Positions 49,401 to 62,533 of a stretch of DNA of 64,000 nt are shown here, piece by piece. Each line of letters starts with the position of its first letter. Positions within the stretch are counted from its first letter, which is position 1. Location of the stretch: assembly GCA_033442325.1 (NCBI GenBank), contig JAWQFM010000022.1:588746-652745 (forward strand), written 5' to 3'. Source of the stretch: Salpingoeca rosetta. Lineage: Eukaryota > Protista > Choanoflagellata. The notes below the pieces were generated by a model. That model worked only from the letters and a program-made list of their open reading frames with translations, had not been told where the DNA came from and did no database searches. Position numbers and translations under genes: made by a program.

Positions 49401-51316
49401 GGCAGGCGGTCGTGGGTGAGGGCCTGTGGAAGCTGGGTGAAGCTGTTGCTGCTCACGTCCAACCACCCCAGACGAGCCAAAGGCGTGAGGACACCGGGGC
49501 TGAGCTGCCGGAACGCATTGCTTGCAAGCACAAGCACCTGCAGGCGTGACAGGCCCTCGAACACGCGGGTGTCAAGGGATGTCAGCCCATTGCTGCGGAG
49601 GTCGATGCTGAACAGCTCCTGCAGCGTGTTGAAGGCCGCGTGGTGCACGGCTGTGATTCGGTTACGATCCAACAGCAGCACCTCCAGGTTTGACAAGCCT
49701 TTGAACACGTCTTCTGGGATAACGGAGATGCGGTTCCCGCCCAGGTTGAGCCGCCAGCACGACGCCAGGCCCACAAACACGCTGTGGTCCACGCGGTGAA
49801 TGCGGTTGTCCGTGAGGTCCAGCGTTTGAAGGCGTGAGAGGTTGGCGAATGTCTGGGGCTCAATGGCGAGGATGGCATTTTCCTGCAAGGAGACGGCGCT
49901 GAGCGCTTCCAAGCCCACAAACTGCACGGCGGAGAGGTGCGCGATACCGTTGCCAACGAGGTTGATCTTGCGAAGCGCAGTGAGGCTGTGGAACAGCGTG
50001 GGTGCGACGCTGTCGATGCCACACCGTGATAGGACAATGTCGGTGAGGGCGCCGGCAAAGGAGTATGGCTCTGTGACGTTTGGGACGGGGCGAAAATGCG
50101 TGCGCTTGAGTGTGTTGAGTCGCAGGTCACGCCCGCGAACTTCAGAGAGGTTGGGCATTGAGTTGAGCCATGTGAAGTCAAATCCACCGCGCGTTTCGAG
50201 CCAGTTGAGCTCCAGCACGCGCACGCTCTGCCATGCCTTGGCGGCAAAGAGCTGGCTCAGGGCCCACGACGGCACGGGCTCCGGCACGCGCTGCCAGCCG
50301 CGAATGGAGAGGCGCTCGAGGAGTGGCAGGCTTCGATCTAGGCTTGAGGTGTCGAGCGTTTGGGTCTGCAGAGCGTCCCTCAGGTCCAGGTTTACATCAA
50401 TGGTGATCTCGAGGAAAGTGGTTTCAGTGGCAGAGAGCACACACACGCCATCCAGGAGGTCAGCGAGGGCGCAATTCGTGTCGATGGTGCGGTTGTCGTG
50501 GTGTGGGCGTGGGTCAACGTTGCGACTGGGCCCAGAAGAAGAGCCGGGACCAGGGCGGTTGTTATCACTGTTGTTGCTGTTGTTGTTGTTATTGCTGTCG
50601 TTGTTGTTGGACAGGGCATGGGCGTCTCGGCGGATGCGTGCGCGGCGTTCCTGCGGCAACAGCGGTGCTGGGGTTGGTCGTCCCTGAGACCGTAGGCGTG
50701 AGCTGAAGCGATCATGATGACTGGAGAGGTACCGTTTTGTGCTCTCAGTAGTTTCGTGGTTGACGGTGGTGGCGGCGTTCTTGGTGGGGGCATTGTCAAC
50801 GACAGCAATGACAGGCGCATTTGTGGGGGTGTTGTCATTGGCGTGGTTCGTGCTGCCGGTGATGTGCTGATGGCTGCGGCGAGTATCGAAGTGAACATCA
50901 TTATCGCTGTCATTGTTTGCGTTTCCAGGACGATTGCTGGGGCTGGTATTGGGTTTGTTGTACGGTTGTTGGTGTTGTTGATGTTGCGTCCTGCGATACA
51001 GGTGTTGCTGTTCGGCACAGAGGTGGGCAACCGCCTGTTGGAGGGGTAGAAGGTCAAGTGTCGTCAGCAGTGCAGCAGCAGTGGTACTACTAGCATTGGG
51101 CTTTCCTCTCGAGAAGTATGTGCCGGACCCCCGCACCTCCGCTGATGCCTGTTTCCTGATGTCGTGCAGCTGGGCGAGCGACGTCCGTGCTTGCAGGCAC
51201 AAGTGATCGAGCACTTGAACTTGAGCAGCAGGAAGAACAGCGCTGCTGCCAGCAGCACACCACAAGGACAACAACAGCAAGCACACGCTCAGCAAACAAA
51301 GCGGCGCCACCTTCAT
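46047..51316 (-). CDS. LRR receptor-like kinase (signal peptide, pro-region, many LRRs, Cys cap, TM helix, TKL-type kinase)
   Basis: Exons 51316-47250, 46857-46460 and 46156-46047. Repeated LxxLxLxxNxI units. [22 protein letters not shown]. Kinase motifs [31 protein letters not shown] and DVFSFG. Confidence 0.93.
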
Positions 51317-51428
51317 GTTCTTGGTTTTGTGCTGTTTGGTAATGCAGCACTGATTTCAGTCGTTGCTGTCACGAAGAAGGACGCTGCTTGTTGCTTGTTT
51401 GTTGTTGCACTGAAGGCTTGGGAGTGGC

Positions 51429-52058
51429 ATGCACTGGCGCAAGCTCGCAACGACGACCACAGGTTGTGCGTGTGTGTGTGTGTGTGTGTGTGTCTGTGTG
51501 TGTCTGTGTGTGTGTGTCTGTGTGTGTCTGTGTCTGTGTCTGTGTGTCTGTGTGTGTCTGTGTGTCTGTGTCTGTGTGTGTCTGTGTCTGTGTGCTTGAG
51601 TTTGCAGAACTACCTCTCTCTCTCTCTGTGCATGTGTGTGTGCGTGTGTTATGTTATTGTCGACGCCCGCGAAACCTTATGACTCGTGCATTTTCATCCA
51701 ACCACACACACACACACACGCACGCACGCACGCACGCACGCACGCACACACACGCGCGCGCGCGCGCAGGGTTCTTGGTCGGGTACGCTGCAGCAAGGAA
51801 GCTTTGGCTGTCAACCATGTCTGGAACACCGCGCTTTGGTTGGTGTTGAAGGGTTAACGGGATGATGGTCGCCAAACCAGCACAGGCTCTGTGTGTGTGT
51901 GTGTAATTGCCTGCACAGCTTGTTTTGGTTGTTGTTGACGTTGTTTGTGCGTGTTGATTGGTTGATAGACGTCAAGGCCTTTCACGACCAGCTGACGACA
52001 TCGTCACTTGGACGAAGCCTCCTCTATGAAGAGCAGGTCCGTGTGCTTGTGTGTGTGC

Positions 52059-52100
<42 letters not shown>

Positions 52101-52309
52101 GTATTTGTGTGTGAGTGTGTGCAATTGTGTGTGTGTGTGTGTGCAACCACGCGTGTATTTGTGCTGGTGCTACCATGGCGCATGGAGAACAGTCCTGGCT
52201 CATGTGCCATGCTTCCATCTGTCGCAGATGACTTCAACCATGACGGTGGCCCAGGAGGTGCTCAAAACTGAAGGCCGCGCCGCTCACGGCAAAGGTGGGC
52301 TATGCATGC

Positions 52310-52396
<87 letters not shown>

Positions 52397-54011
52397 GCCG
52401 CGCGCGTGCATTTTTACTGGGCACGTGTGCTCCGTGCTGTTCACCAGTGTCAGACACATTCCAGAAGTCGCACACATCCACGCACGTACACACGCTGAAC
52501 ATTCAGCACATACGCATTCTAACACACACTCACACACTGGGTGCAGGCTTCCTGTGTGAGGAGCAGACGGCTGGCATTGGGCGGCGAGGTCGCGACTGGA
52601 GAAGCGCAGCCAACGGCAACATCTACTTCTCCTTCATCTGGGCACCAACAACCGACACGACAAAGGAGCTCATGTCAAGTACGGAGAAAGCACATGGTGC
52701 TTGAGAACCTTCACGGATGGCTGCGTGATCAGGCTGTCTGTTCATGGTTCCCTTTGCCGCAACTCACAACAGTGCAACGCGCACGCACGCTGAAGCGCAA
52801 ATGTGCTCCCAAAAAGCACACAGACACACACACAGACACACACACACGAATGTGTGTGCGCTCATGTCGTACACATACAAGCACACGCGCGCGCTCATGT
52901 ACGTCCCCATACGTTGTTCCAGGCATGTTCAAGCTCAACTTTGCCATCAGCATCGCCACCGTGAAAGCAGCACAGGCCGTCGGAGTTGAGACAGCACGGT
53001 GTGCTATTATTTTGCTGTGTGGAGTGAATGTCCAGGGATGTTGCTGGGACTGCTGAATGAAAGAAGTCACCGTGCTCAGCACTTGGCAGGGCACGTCCGA
53101 CACACAACGCACTTGCCCTCACCCTGACTCACCCACCCACGCACAATGCACACACACACACACGCACACACACACACACACGCGCGCGCGCACTTGCCCT
53201 CACCTCGACACATCAGCATCAAGTGGCCGAACGACGTGTGGATTGGGACGCGCAAACTGAGCGGCATGCTGGTGAACTTTGACGGCAAGACAGGCGGCGT
53301 TGCCGGTGTTGGCATCAACGTCAACGAGGTGTTTGACACAACGGACGCGCAGTTGCCCGCCGTCAGCCTTGCGCAGGAGAGCGGCGAGGAAGTGGCAAGA
53401 GAGACTGTACTTGCAGCCTTTTGCAACAGCCTCGAACACATCATGACCCTCCCAATGCACGAAGTGTGTGTCTGCGTCCGTGTCTGTGTGCCTGTCTCTC
53501 TGTCTGTGTGTGTGTGTGTGCGTGTGTGTATGTGTGTCTGCGGGTTTTGTATATCTGTGTGCCTGTCTGTTTGTGTGTCGGTATGTACATGCACATGCTT
53601 GTTTGGCTCAGCACTCTCTCACGTTTGTGCATGTGTTGGTCACGCGAAGGTGCTGAACCTCTATGCAGAGCACGATATGCTGAAAGGCCGCACCGTTCGC
53701 GTCTACCACCGCGCGCGTGGGGTGAGCACTCTCTCTGCGAACGTGTGCATGAACACTTGCGTGCGGCCGCAATGAGATGTTTGGGTATGCTCATGTGACA
53801 TTACACATGGTGTGTGCGTGTATGAATGCAACAACCCGTGTCGTTCACAGGAGGATGATGAGAAAGACTACGACGCCCAAGTCCTTGGATTTACCCCAAG
53901 TGGCAACCTCCTCGTGAAGAAATGCCAGGGTGGCGAGCAGGTTGCCCTTTCAGGTACATATTTCTCGCCTTGTTTTGTGTGTGTGCCCGCGCGTGTGAGC
54001 ATGTGTGTGTG

Positions 54012-54103
<92 letters not shown>

Positions 54104-54237
54104 CATGTGTGAGCGCGTGTCAAGAATGCAATTAGTGTTTGTTCACACTCGTTTGTGTAACTATCTCGCACATCGCGTCACATCGCGCCACTTCAGGGGA
54201 GGAGATTTCTGTGCGGCCGCAGGCGTCGGCAGAGTAG
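51429..54237 (+). CDS. HLCS: Biotin--protein ligase (holocarboxylase synthetase/BirA, short form)
   Basis: Exons 51429-51462, 51770-51838, 51969-52036, 52228-52294, 52547-52678, 52923-52998, 53217-53463, 53650-53721, 53851-53953 and 54197-54237. Motifs [34 protein letters not shown] and an SH3-like C-terminus. Confidence 0.9.
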
Positions 54238-54366
54238 AGGGATGCATGTGCCAGCAAACACAGCAGACAGGGTGAGCGGTTGCTGCAATTCCCCGCGCTG
54301 ACCAGGACCTGCGCAACAACTAGTCGGGCCTCCAGAATGGACGAGTTTGCACTTCTCGTTGACACG

Positions 54367-54479
<113 letters not shown>

Positions 54480-54820
54480 TCGCAACAAGCCATGTATCAC
54501 GCCACGCGACACGTCATCAGTCGTGAATGTCTCTATGCAAGATGTGTGAACATTGCCACTCGTTTCTGAGGCAATAAACCCAAGAATGAGAAAACATGAC
54601 ATCATACCACGTCCCTTTGTCTACGTGTATGTTGCAAAAAAAACATACATAGAAACAGATACTTGCCGAGTTGTCAACATCATTCACGGGCAGTGTAGGG
54701 TCGTGCACTTGCCCACGTTGACCATTTACTTCGCCGCCACCTTTCACCCCTTCTATCACCACCATCTCCTTTCTTTGTGTACATTCCCTGCCCAAGCTGA
54801 ACAAACGCCAAAGCACCAGT

Positions 54821-56140
54821 ATGAGCCCTTCTTGGACTGTGGTGAGGATTGGCAGCTCACGCAATGCCGTCGCGCCGATGGATGCGCCTGTCCGTTCGAG
54901 GACGAGCCAGAAATTGTGCAGCTCGCCGGTGCTCGTTGGCGCCCTGGCGTTGCCGCGCTTGTGGTGATTGCCAGCATCACGACAGGCGTGTACTATGGCA
55001 CGCGCTCCTCCTCCTCATCATCGTCCAGCGGTGGGGCAGGAAACGGGGCGACTAACGCGACATCAACCACAGTGTCCTCGTCCAACATCACCACAACCAC
55101 GACCACGACGACGACAACAACTACCACCACCACCACTACGACCACTACGACGACAACAACAACGAACGGACCAATCACGGCCGATACAACGTCCATTGGT
55201 GGCCTGTCCAGTGATCAGTGGAAGTGGATCAACGGGGTCTACGCCAATGACCTTGTTTTCGGCATCCCCATGTCCGCGCAGGAGGTGCTTATCGTTGACC
55301 CTGCCACAAACACCGCCGACACAACCAGCATTACTGGCGTTGGCACGGCCGCTTACAAGTGGCAGAGTGGGACTCTTGCGAACAACGGCCTCATTTATTG
55401 CGCGCCATACAACCACCCCAGCCCATCCCCCGTGCTGATCATCGACCCCGTTGCTAAGACGTTCGACACCACAACCATCACCAACTTGTACCACACGTAC
55501 AACATGTGGATGGACACAGTTCTCGCTGACAACGGGCTCATTGTTGGCATTCCTGGCAATGCGGCACATGTGCTGCTGATTGACCCCGCCACGAACACGG
55601 CGGACACCACATCCATCACCGGCATGCCCAACAATGGCCAAGAGGAGTGGGGCGCTGGTGTGTCAGCCGACAACGGTCTCATCTACGCTGTGCCCGGACG
55701 CAACCCCAATGTGCTCATCATTGACCCCGTGGCCAAGACGGCTGACACCACGTCCATTGCCAACGTCAACAGCGGTACATACGCGTACTATGGCGCTGTG
55801 CTTGCCCCCAACGGGCTCGTCTTTGGCATCCCGCGTACCGCCACCTCTGTTCTCATCATCGACCCTACGACGAACACCGTCGACAAGACTTCCATCACTT
55901 TCACAAGCACGAGCTCCAAGTGGGTTGGTGGGGTGCTTGCACCCAGCGGCCTCATCTATGGCATCCCGAGCGACAGCACCGACGTCCTGATCATTGACCC
56001 CGACACCAAGGCCATTGACCGCACGACCATCACCGGCCTTCCAGCCGACGCCAACAAGTGGTGGGGCGGCGTGCTGGGACCCAATGGCTCCTAAAACGGT
56101 ATTCCCCAAAGATGCAGAGCGTGCTTGTCATCGATGCCTG
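54821..56140 (+). pseudogene. Intronless type II membrane protein with a Thr stalk and about seven 46-aa beta-propeller-like repeats; frame-disrupted (pseudogene or sequencing errors)
   Basis: The ATG 54821 frame joins the main ORF by a 1-nt shift at ~54946 inside the TM helix (VLVGAL|GVAALVVIASITTGVYY). Repeat consensus W.GGVLAPNGLIYGIP....VLIIDP.TNTADTTSIT. TAA at 56092-56094 falls mid-repeat and is followed by decayed GIP..VLVID codons. Confidence 0.7.
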
Positions 56141-56161
56141 AGTCGTTTCACTGGTCCGGTA

Positions 56162-56231
<70 letters not shown>

Positions 56232-56560
56232 CTTACCTGATGGGTCAATTGTTGTTCTTTGGGTTGGTGTGACAATGAGTGATGTATGCGACAATTAAAC
56301 TTCTCAGCGCTTTCAGCAGCGCCTGTGACGGCGACGGAGGGAGGAGGAGGAGGAGGAGCTGAGGAGGAGGAGGAGCAGCAGCAGCAGCAGCAGCGGAGAT
56401 TGCTTGCTCCTTTGCTCTGGCCGCCTGGATTAGGACACGGCAGGATCAGCATCAGGCCTGCAGGCTTCGTTTCGTGCTGCAACGAACGAGAGCACATCGC
56501 AACATCGCAACATCGCGACACGCTCGAGTGCACTTGAAATGCGCTGGGGTTTTGGTGACG

Positions 56561-56754
56561 ATGTCGAGAGCCGTTATGAATGGTGGTGCTGATGATGATG
56601 AGGATGAGGATGATGGTGCTGTGACCGTGCCGGTGGAGACTGCGCTGGACAGGTTCTTGTCTGATGTGCATGTGGGTACCCAGGTCAAAGACACAACTGC
56701 GTCGCGACACAGTGAGCGCTCTGTCTGCGCGCGCGCGCGCGCGTGTGTGTGTGC

Positions 56755-56796
<42 letters not shown>

Positions 56797-57874
56797 GTGT
56801 GTGTGTGCGTGTGAGTGAGTGAGTGAGTGAGTGAGTGAGTGAGTGACTGAGTGAGTGAGTGACTGAGTGAGTGAGTGAGTGAGTGAGTGACTGAGTGAGT
56901 GAGTGACTGAGTGAGTGTGCGTGTGTGCGTGTGTGCGTGTGCGAAAGCTCTCAGAAAGCTCTCTCGCCGAGGCTTACCTGTTTGTGCTCGTTTGCACTTG
57001 TTTGCAACTGTTACAGCTGCGTCTCACACTGCTGCGATGTCGCGTGCGTTGTGCGCTGTGTCCCTGCAGCCTCGCGGTTTGTCGTGTACTCGTCACCGCT
57101 CACAACAGAAGCAGTGACAGCAGGCAGCGATGACAAAACAGAGGCGCGTGCTACAAGCACAATCTTGGAGAAGGGCAGCGGAGGCCGCCTGTTGCAGCAG
57201 CGTGGTGGCAGTGACGACGACGACGACGACGATGATGATGATGATGATGATGATACTGATGGCCGTGGCAGCACATGGGATGATGACGACCTCGACGTTC
57301 CCCGGCGTTCTCGTCGCGTTCCTTCAGTTGTGTTGCATGTACAGCACGCAATGGACACAACGCTGGATGATGTGGGCCTGCAACAATGGCGTGGTGGACT
57401 GCTCATGATGGACTGGGTGACACACATGCGGCACGCCATGCGCGGGTGCCGGGTGCTTGAGCTGGGCGCTGGTGTGGGTGCCGTCAGCATCGTCGCTGCC
57501 CACTTTGGGGCCAAGGTGCTGTGCACAGATATTGGACAAGACGTGCTGGACAACTGTCGTGCGAATGTGAAAGCACACGCTGATGCGATACCAAGCGGCG
57601 GCAGCATTGCCGTTCGTGAGCTTGACTGGAACCGTGTGGACCGCACTACCGGTTGGAGCGAAGATGATGCGCACACACTCAAACACACCGACATTATCCT
57701 GGCCGCTGACGGTCAGTCCAGATGGATGTGTGTGTGTGTGTGTGTGGATGTGTGGATGTGTGTGGATATTGCCTGGTAGCGGATCCTACTGTATCCTCCG
57801 GGGGTGTGCTAGAGTCATGTGTGTGTGTATGTATGCATACGTGTGTGCGCGTGCGCGCATGTGCGCGCGTGTGT

Positions 57875-57905
<31 letters not shown>

Positions 57906-58037
57906 GATATGCTTGCGTACGTTTGTGTCAGTGAACGTGTGTGCCTGTGCGTGCTCATATGTTTGTGTGCTTGTGTGTGTGTGTGTGTGTGCCACTCAAT
58001 TCAAACGCACGGCTGCTCTCTCTCTCTCTCACACACA

Positions 58038-58090
<53 letters not shown>

Positions 58091-58515
58091 GCACAACCAC
58101 CTGTGGGCAGTTGTGTACATCGAAGGGTGGACGGAAGCTTTTGTCGAATGCGTTCGTCGCCTCTTTGCTTCCACAACGGCGCGTGTTTGCTACGTTGCGC
58201 TCGAGAAACGGTGCGTGGTGTGGACCTGTGCGGACCTGCGTGTGATTGCGTGGTCATGTGTGCGCATGTTGCAGTTCCGTGCTGGCCAAGAGTGGACAGC
58301 CCACCCCGCCATGTCATTCACACACACACGCGCACACAATGGAGCAGACTGTGCTTTCGTTGGAGGAGCTTGATGTTGCGTGTCCGGCGTACACGCATTT
58401 CCACGACATCTGCCTGGCCTCTGCGTCCTTTCACTGCAACCAAATACCGCTTCACGCCATCCCCCAGCACGTGCCATACACGCGCATCCCACAGCTGGTG
58501 TGTGTGTGTGAGTGA

Positions 58516-58558
<43 letters not shown>

Positions 58559-58724
58559 TGAGTGTGTGTGTGTGTGTGTGAGTGTGTGTGTGTGTGCGTG
58601 TGTGTGCATTGGCGTTTTGATTGTGGGTTGCTTGCCCGTTGATAGGCTCACGTTTCAGCACCCACGACACGCGCGTCTTGCATGATGACAGGAACTTTGG
58701 GAAATCAAACCTCGGTCATCATGA
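56561..58724 (+). CDS. METTL22: METTL22-like protein-lysine methyltransferase (Methyltransf_16); apparent 1-nt deletion at ~58355
   Basis: Exons 56561-56711, 57070-57711, 58111-58210, 58348-58497 and 58692-58724. Motifs [54 protein letters not shown] and LELWEI. Confidence 0.87.
56812..56916. repeat. (TGAG)n/(TGAC) tetranucleotide array in METTL22 intron 1
   Basis: Read directly. Confidence 0.9.
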
Positions 58725-58911
58725 TTGCAGCAGGAACCTGACCGCACAACACATACATACAAACATACACACACATGCTCCTGTGTAATTAACTTGCTGC
58801 GTCCTTCATCGTTTACTAATCGAATTGAATGACCACGAACGGCAGCAAGCAATCGAGCGAGCGCGAGACACAACACAACACAAAACACATGAGAGCATTC
58901 CACACTAACCC

Positions 58912-58945
<34 letters not shown>

Positions 58946-58995
58946 GGGTACACACGCACAAGGCCAAGCGTTACTTCACCATTGATGCCTAGCCC

Positions 58996-59268
58996 TCATT
59001 GCTCCTCATCATCATCACCGCCTTGTTTTGCCTTCTTCGCGGGCGCATCGCCATCACCACTCGCCCGCTCGCCCGCGTCCGCTTTATCTGCACCCTTCGA
59101 TGCCGACGACGACGTTGATGATGACGTCGTGTCGTCCTTCTTGTCGGTGTTGCCGCCTTTCTTCTGCTTGCTCATGCTCTTTGTTGCCTCTGCTCTCCGC
59201 GCCTTCTCCTTCTCCTTATCTTCCTCCTCCTTCATCTTCGCCTGCATCTTGCGCATCTTTGCACGTTG

Positions 59269-59317
<49 letters not shown>

Positions 59318-60259
59318 AAGGAGAACGAACATAACATTCCAGCTGTCGGGAGCACAGGGCAACGCCGCGTCAGCAGCCCGAGTTTGGGAGTAGAGCAAGT
59401 GCACACCTCTTCTTCCTGTTCTTGGATGTCTTGGCGTTCGCCTCTTGTTGTGCTGCCTGCATTTTCAGTTTGAAAAGCTCCTCCTTCTCATCCTGAAGGT
59501 GGCAACAACACGACGCAAGACGAACGATAACCGTTCACATACAAAGGCCCACGAGTCAGTGCACCATGGCAAAAATCACTTGCTGAGGTTCTGCTTGGAG
59601 TGCTTGCTGTTGAGGTTGTTGTGTTTGATGTGCACATCGTGGCAGCAGCTAGACGACAAACGCGAGCAAACAGGCCGGTGGTGCAGGCGAACCTCAGCCT
59701 TCTTTGCTTCAATGTATTCCAATCGTGACAGCTCGCGGCGCTTGTTGTGTCTGTACACGTGAAACTCGCCAGACCCAGCACCAGCCGTGGAGCCTGCGTA
59801 CGTGGGAAGGGCAGAAGAGTGGCAGAAAGGTAGAGGAAGCGTGTGGACATGTGCGTGCGTGCGTGTGTGTGTGTATGTGTGCGTGTGTGTGTGCGTGCGT
59901 GCATGCGTGCGTGAGTGTGAGTGTGTGCGCGTGTGCATACATGTTCACAACGTATGCATACAACTCTAGCATCCACACATCCACACAACATCTACACAGC
60001 AACCGTCCATACACACACACACATCAAAACATGTGAACGTCGACGTACTGGAGATGTTGGAGTTGCGTTCCATGACGCGTGGCTCACGCAGCTCGTCCTC
60101 TGTTTCCTTAATCTCACTCCTTCTCAAGGCACGATCCTGGGAAGAGAATGACATGGAATGTGCGAATGCTTCAGTCACTGGCAAGTTGCCCCCACCTGGT
60201 CCCGTGCAACACGCAAACACATGCAAACGGACAAGCAGGTACAGGCACATGTGCAGATC

Positions 60260-60294
<35 letters not shown>

Positions 60295-60673
60295 CAATAC
60301 ACACAATCACGCACCAATACACACACCAACACACACCATCACGCACACACAATAGCACACCAATACACACAATCACGCACCAATACACACACCAACACAC
60401 ACCATCACGCACATACAATAGCACACCAATACACACAATCACGCACCAATACACACACCAACACACACCATCACGCACACACACCAACACGCGCCATCGC
60501 ACATACACCCACACCACCACACACCATCACACAATCACGCGCACCGGGTTAGCGAGAAGCTTGTTGATTTCCCATCGCTGCTTGTCCATCGAGTCTTTCA
60601 TCTCCACGAAGACCTTCTCCCGCTTGTTCTTCTTCTTCTGCGGATGCAGATGCTTCTCCAAGTTCAGCGACAT
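58996..60673 (-). CDS. PRKRIP1: PRKR-interacting protein 1 (spliceosomal C* factor, DUF1168)
   Basis: Exons 60673-60545, 60136-60049, 59793-59693, 59492-59407 and 59269-58996. Motifs [33 protein letters not shown] and [13 protein letters not shown]. Confidence 0.92.
60292..60480. repeat. 66-bp tandem repeat, about 3 copies, in PRKRIP1 intron 1
   Basis: Units start at 60292, 60358 and 60424 (caccaatacacacaatcacgcaccaatacacacaccaacacacaccatcacgcac..). Confidence 0.85.
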
Positions 60674-60927
60674 GGTGGTGGTTGGTTGGTTGGTGGTCGG
60701 TGGTGGGTTGTTGGTGCTCTGTCTGCTGCTGGGCTGCGGTCGTGCGGTTTCACTACAGTTTATGGTGTCGTTCCGCAAGTCACGCTGCGCCAGCTGTTTT
60801 GCTCGCTTGTTGTTGTTTGCTGTGTGCTGCTGTGGCTATTTCCACCTTGCTTCAAACACCGCCACTCCCCACGCACGCACCTTGTCTCAGATACAGACAG
60901 CCAACCAGCCAGACCAGACTCGCCGCG

Positions 60928-61591
60928 ATGCAGAACCCCGATGAGGATACCGAATGGAACGACATCCTTCGCGCAAAGGGCATCCTGCCCCAGAAGGAGG
61001 TCGAGGTCACCGAGGATGATCTCACAGAAATGGTGCGTGGTAGGCAGCGGCGACAATGAAGCAAGGATTGTTGATGAAGGATCAGAGCTGTCATCAAGTC
61101 GTTGTCGTCATTACGCTGCTGCTCATGGTCGTCGCCATGTTCACGCGCATCTTACATGTCCAAATGCTTGCTTTGCTGGTAGATTGATGAGGCTGCGAGG
61201 AAGCAGATGCTCAAGGAGCAAGGCAAGAAGGATATGGAAGACATGTCGCTGGAGGAGCTGAACGAGGTTGAAGATGACGAGGACGAGCGCGTGTGGTTGG
61301 AGTACCGCGCGAAACGCCTCGCAGAGCTCAAGGAGCGACAAAAGAAGGCCCGCTTTGGCAGCATCAAGGAAATCTCAGGTGTGCATGGGCGCGTGGTGTG
61401 TGTGTGGATGGGTGGATGGATGTGTGTGTGTGTGTGTGGATGGATGGATGTGTGTGTGTGTGAGTGAGTGGATGGATGTGTGTGTGTATGGACGTGTGAA
61501 TGGACGTGTGCCTATGTGTTGCGTAGGTGACTGGACGTGCGTTGTGTTGAATGACACTGTTGGTTGATCCATGCATGTGATTGAATGCGCA

Positions 61592-61622
<31 letters not shown>

Positions 61623-61807
61623 GTGGGTGATGCGATGCGATGTGATGCACACATTTGCGCTGGCCATGATTCACGCTTTTGTGCACATGTTGTGCGCTGC
61701 CGTTGCATCATAGCCGAGGAGTACCGATCGGAGGTGAACGACGCTGGCGAGGGCATCTGGGTCATCCTCCACCTCTACAAGACAGAGTAAGCTGCCTTGT
61801 GCGCATA

Positions 61808-61879
<72 letters not shown>

Positions 61880-62486
61880 TGGGTGAGCGAGTGAGTGAGT
61901 GAGTGAGAGAGAGAGAGAGAGAGTTTGTGTGTGTGTGCAACCACTGTAGGGGGATGGGCAGCTGGCAGGAGTACACGGCTGCTCACTGACGTCCCGTGCC
62001 ATCGCTTGCTACTGCTCCAACAGCAACCTCATCTGTCGCCGCCTCCAGGGCATCCTGCAGCAGCTCGCATCAAAGGTGGGCCTGTGTGTGAATGAGTGTG
62101 TGTGCGAATGAGTGAGTGTGTGTGAGTGAGTGAGTGTGCGAATGAGTGAGTGAGTGAGTGTGTGTGTGTGAGTGTGTGTGTATGAGTGTGTGTGTGTGTG
62201 TGTGTGAGTGAGTGTGTATGAGTGTGTGTGTGTGTGTGTGTGTGAGTGAGTGAGTGAGTGAGTGTGTGGGCGTGTGAGCGTGTGGTTTTGCTGGCGATTG
62301 CAATTCTTTTACCTTGTGCATGCGCTCACATGTACTCACCCCCCTCGCTGCACCATAGTTCCCGGCTGTGAAGTTCCTGCAGAGTGTGTCCACGCGCTGC
62401 ATCCCAAACTATCCAGACAAGAACCTGCCCACCATCTTTGTCTACCATGAGGTCCGATCGCATCGTCCGTTTGTTCGTATACGCGC

Positions 62487-62533
<47 letters not shown>

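Noticed and set aside
54553-54820. Upstream part of the 513-aa ORF (TTG start)
   Set aside because: It has a non-ATG start and non-coding-like composition. The ATG at 54821 with a 1-nt shift gives a coherent TM protein.
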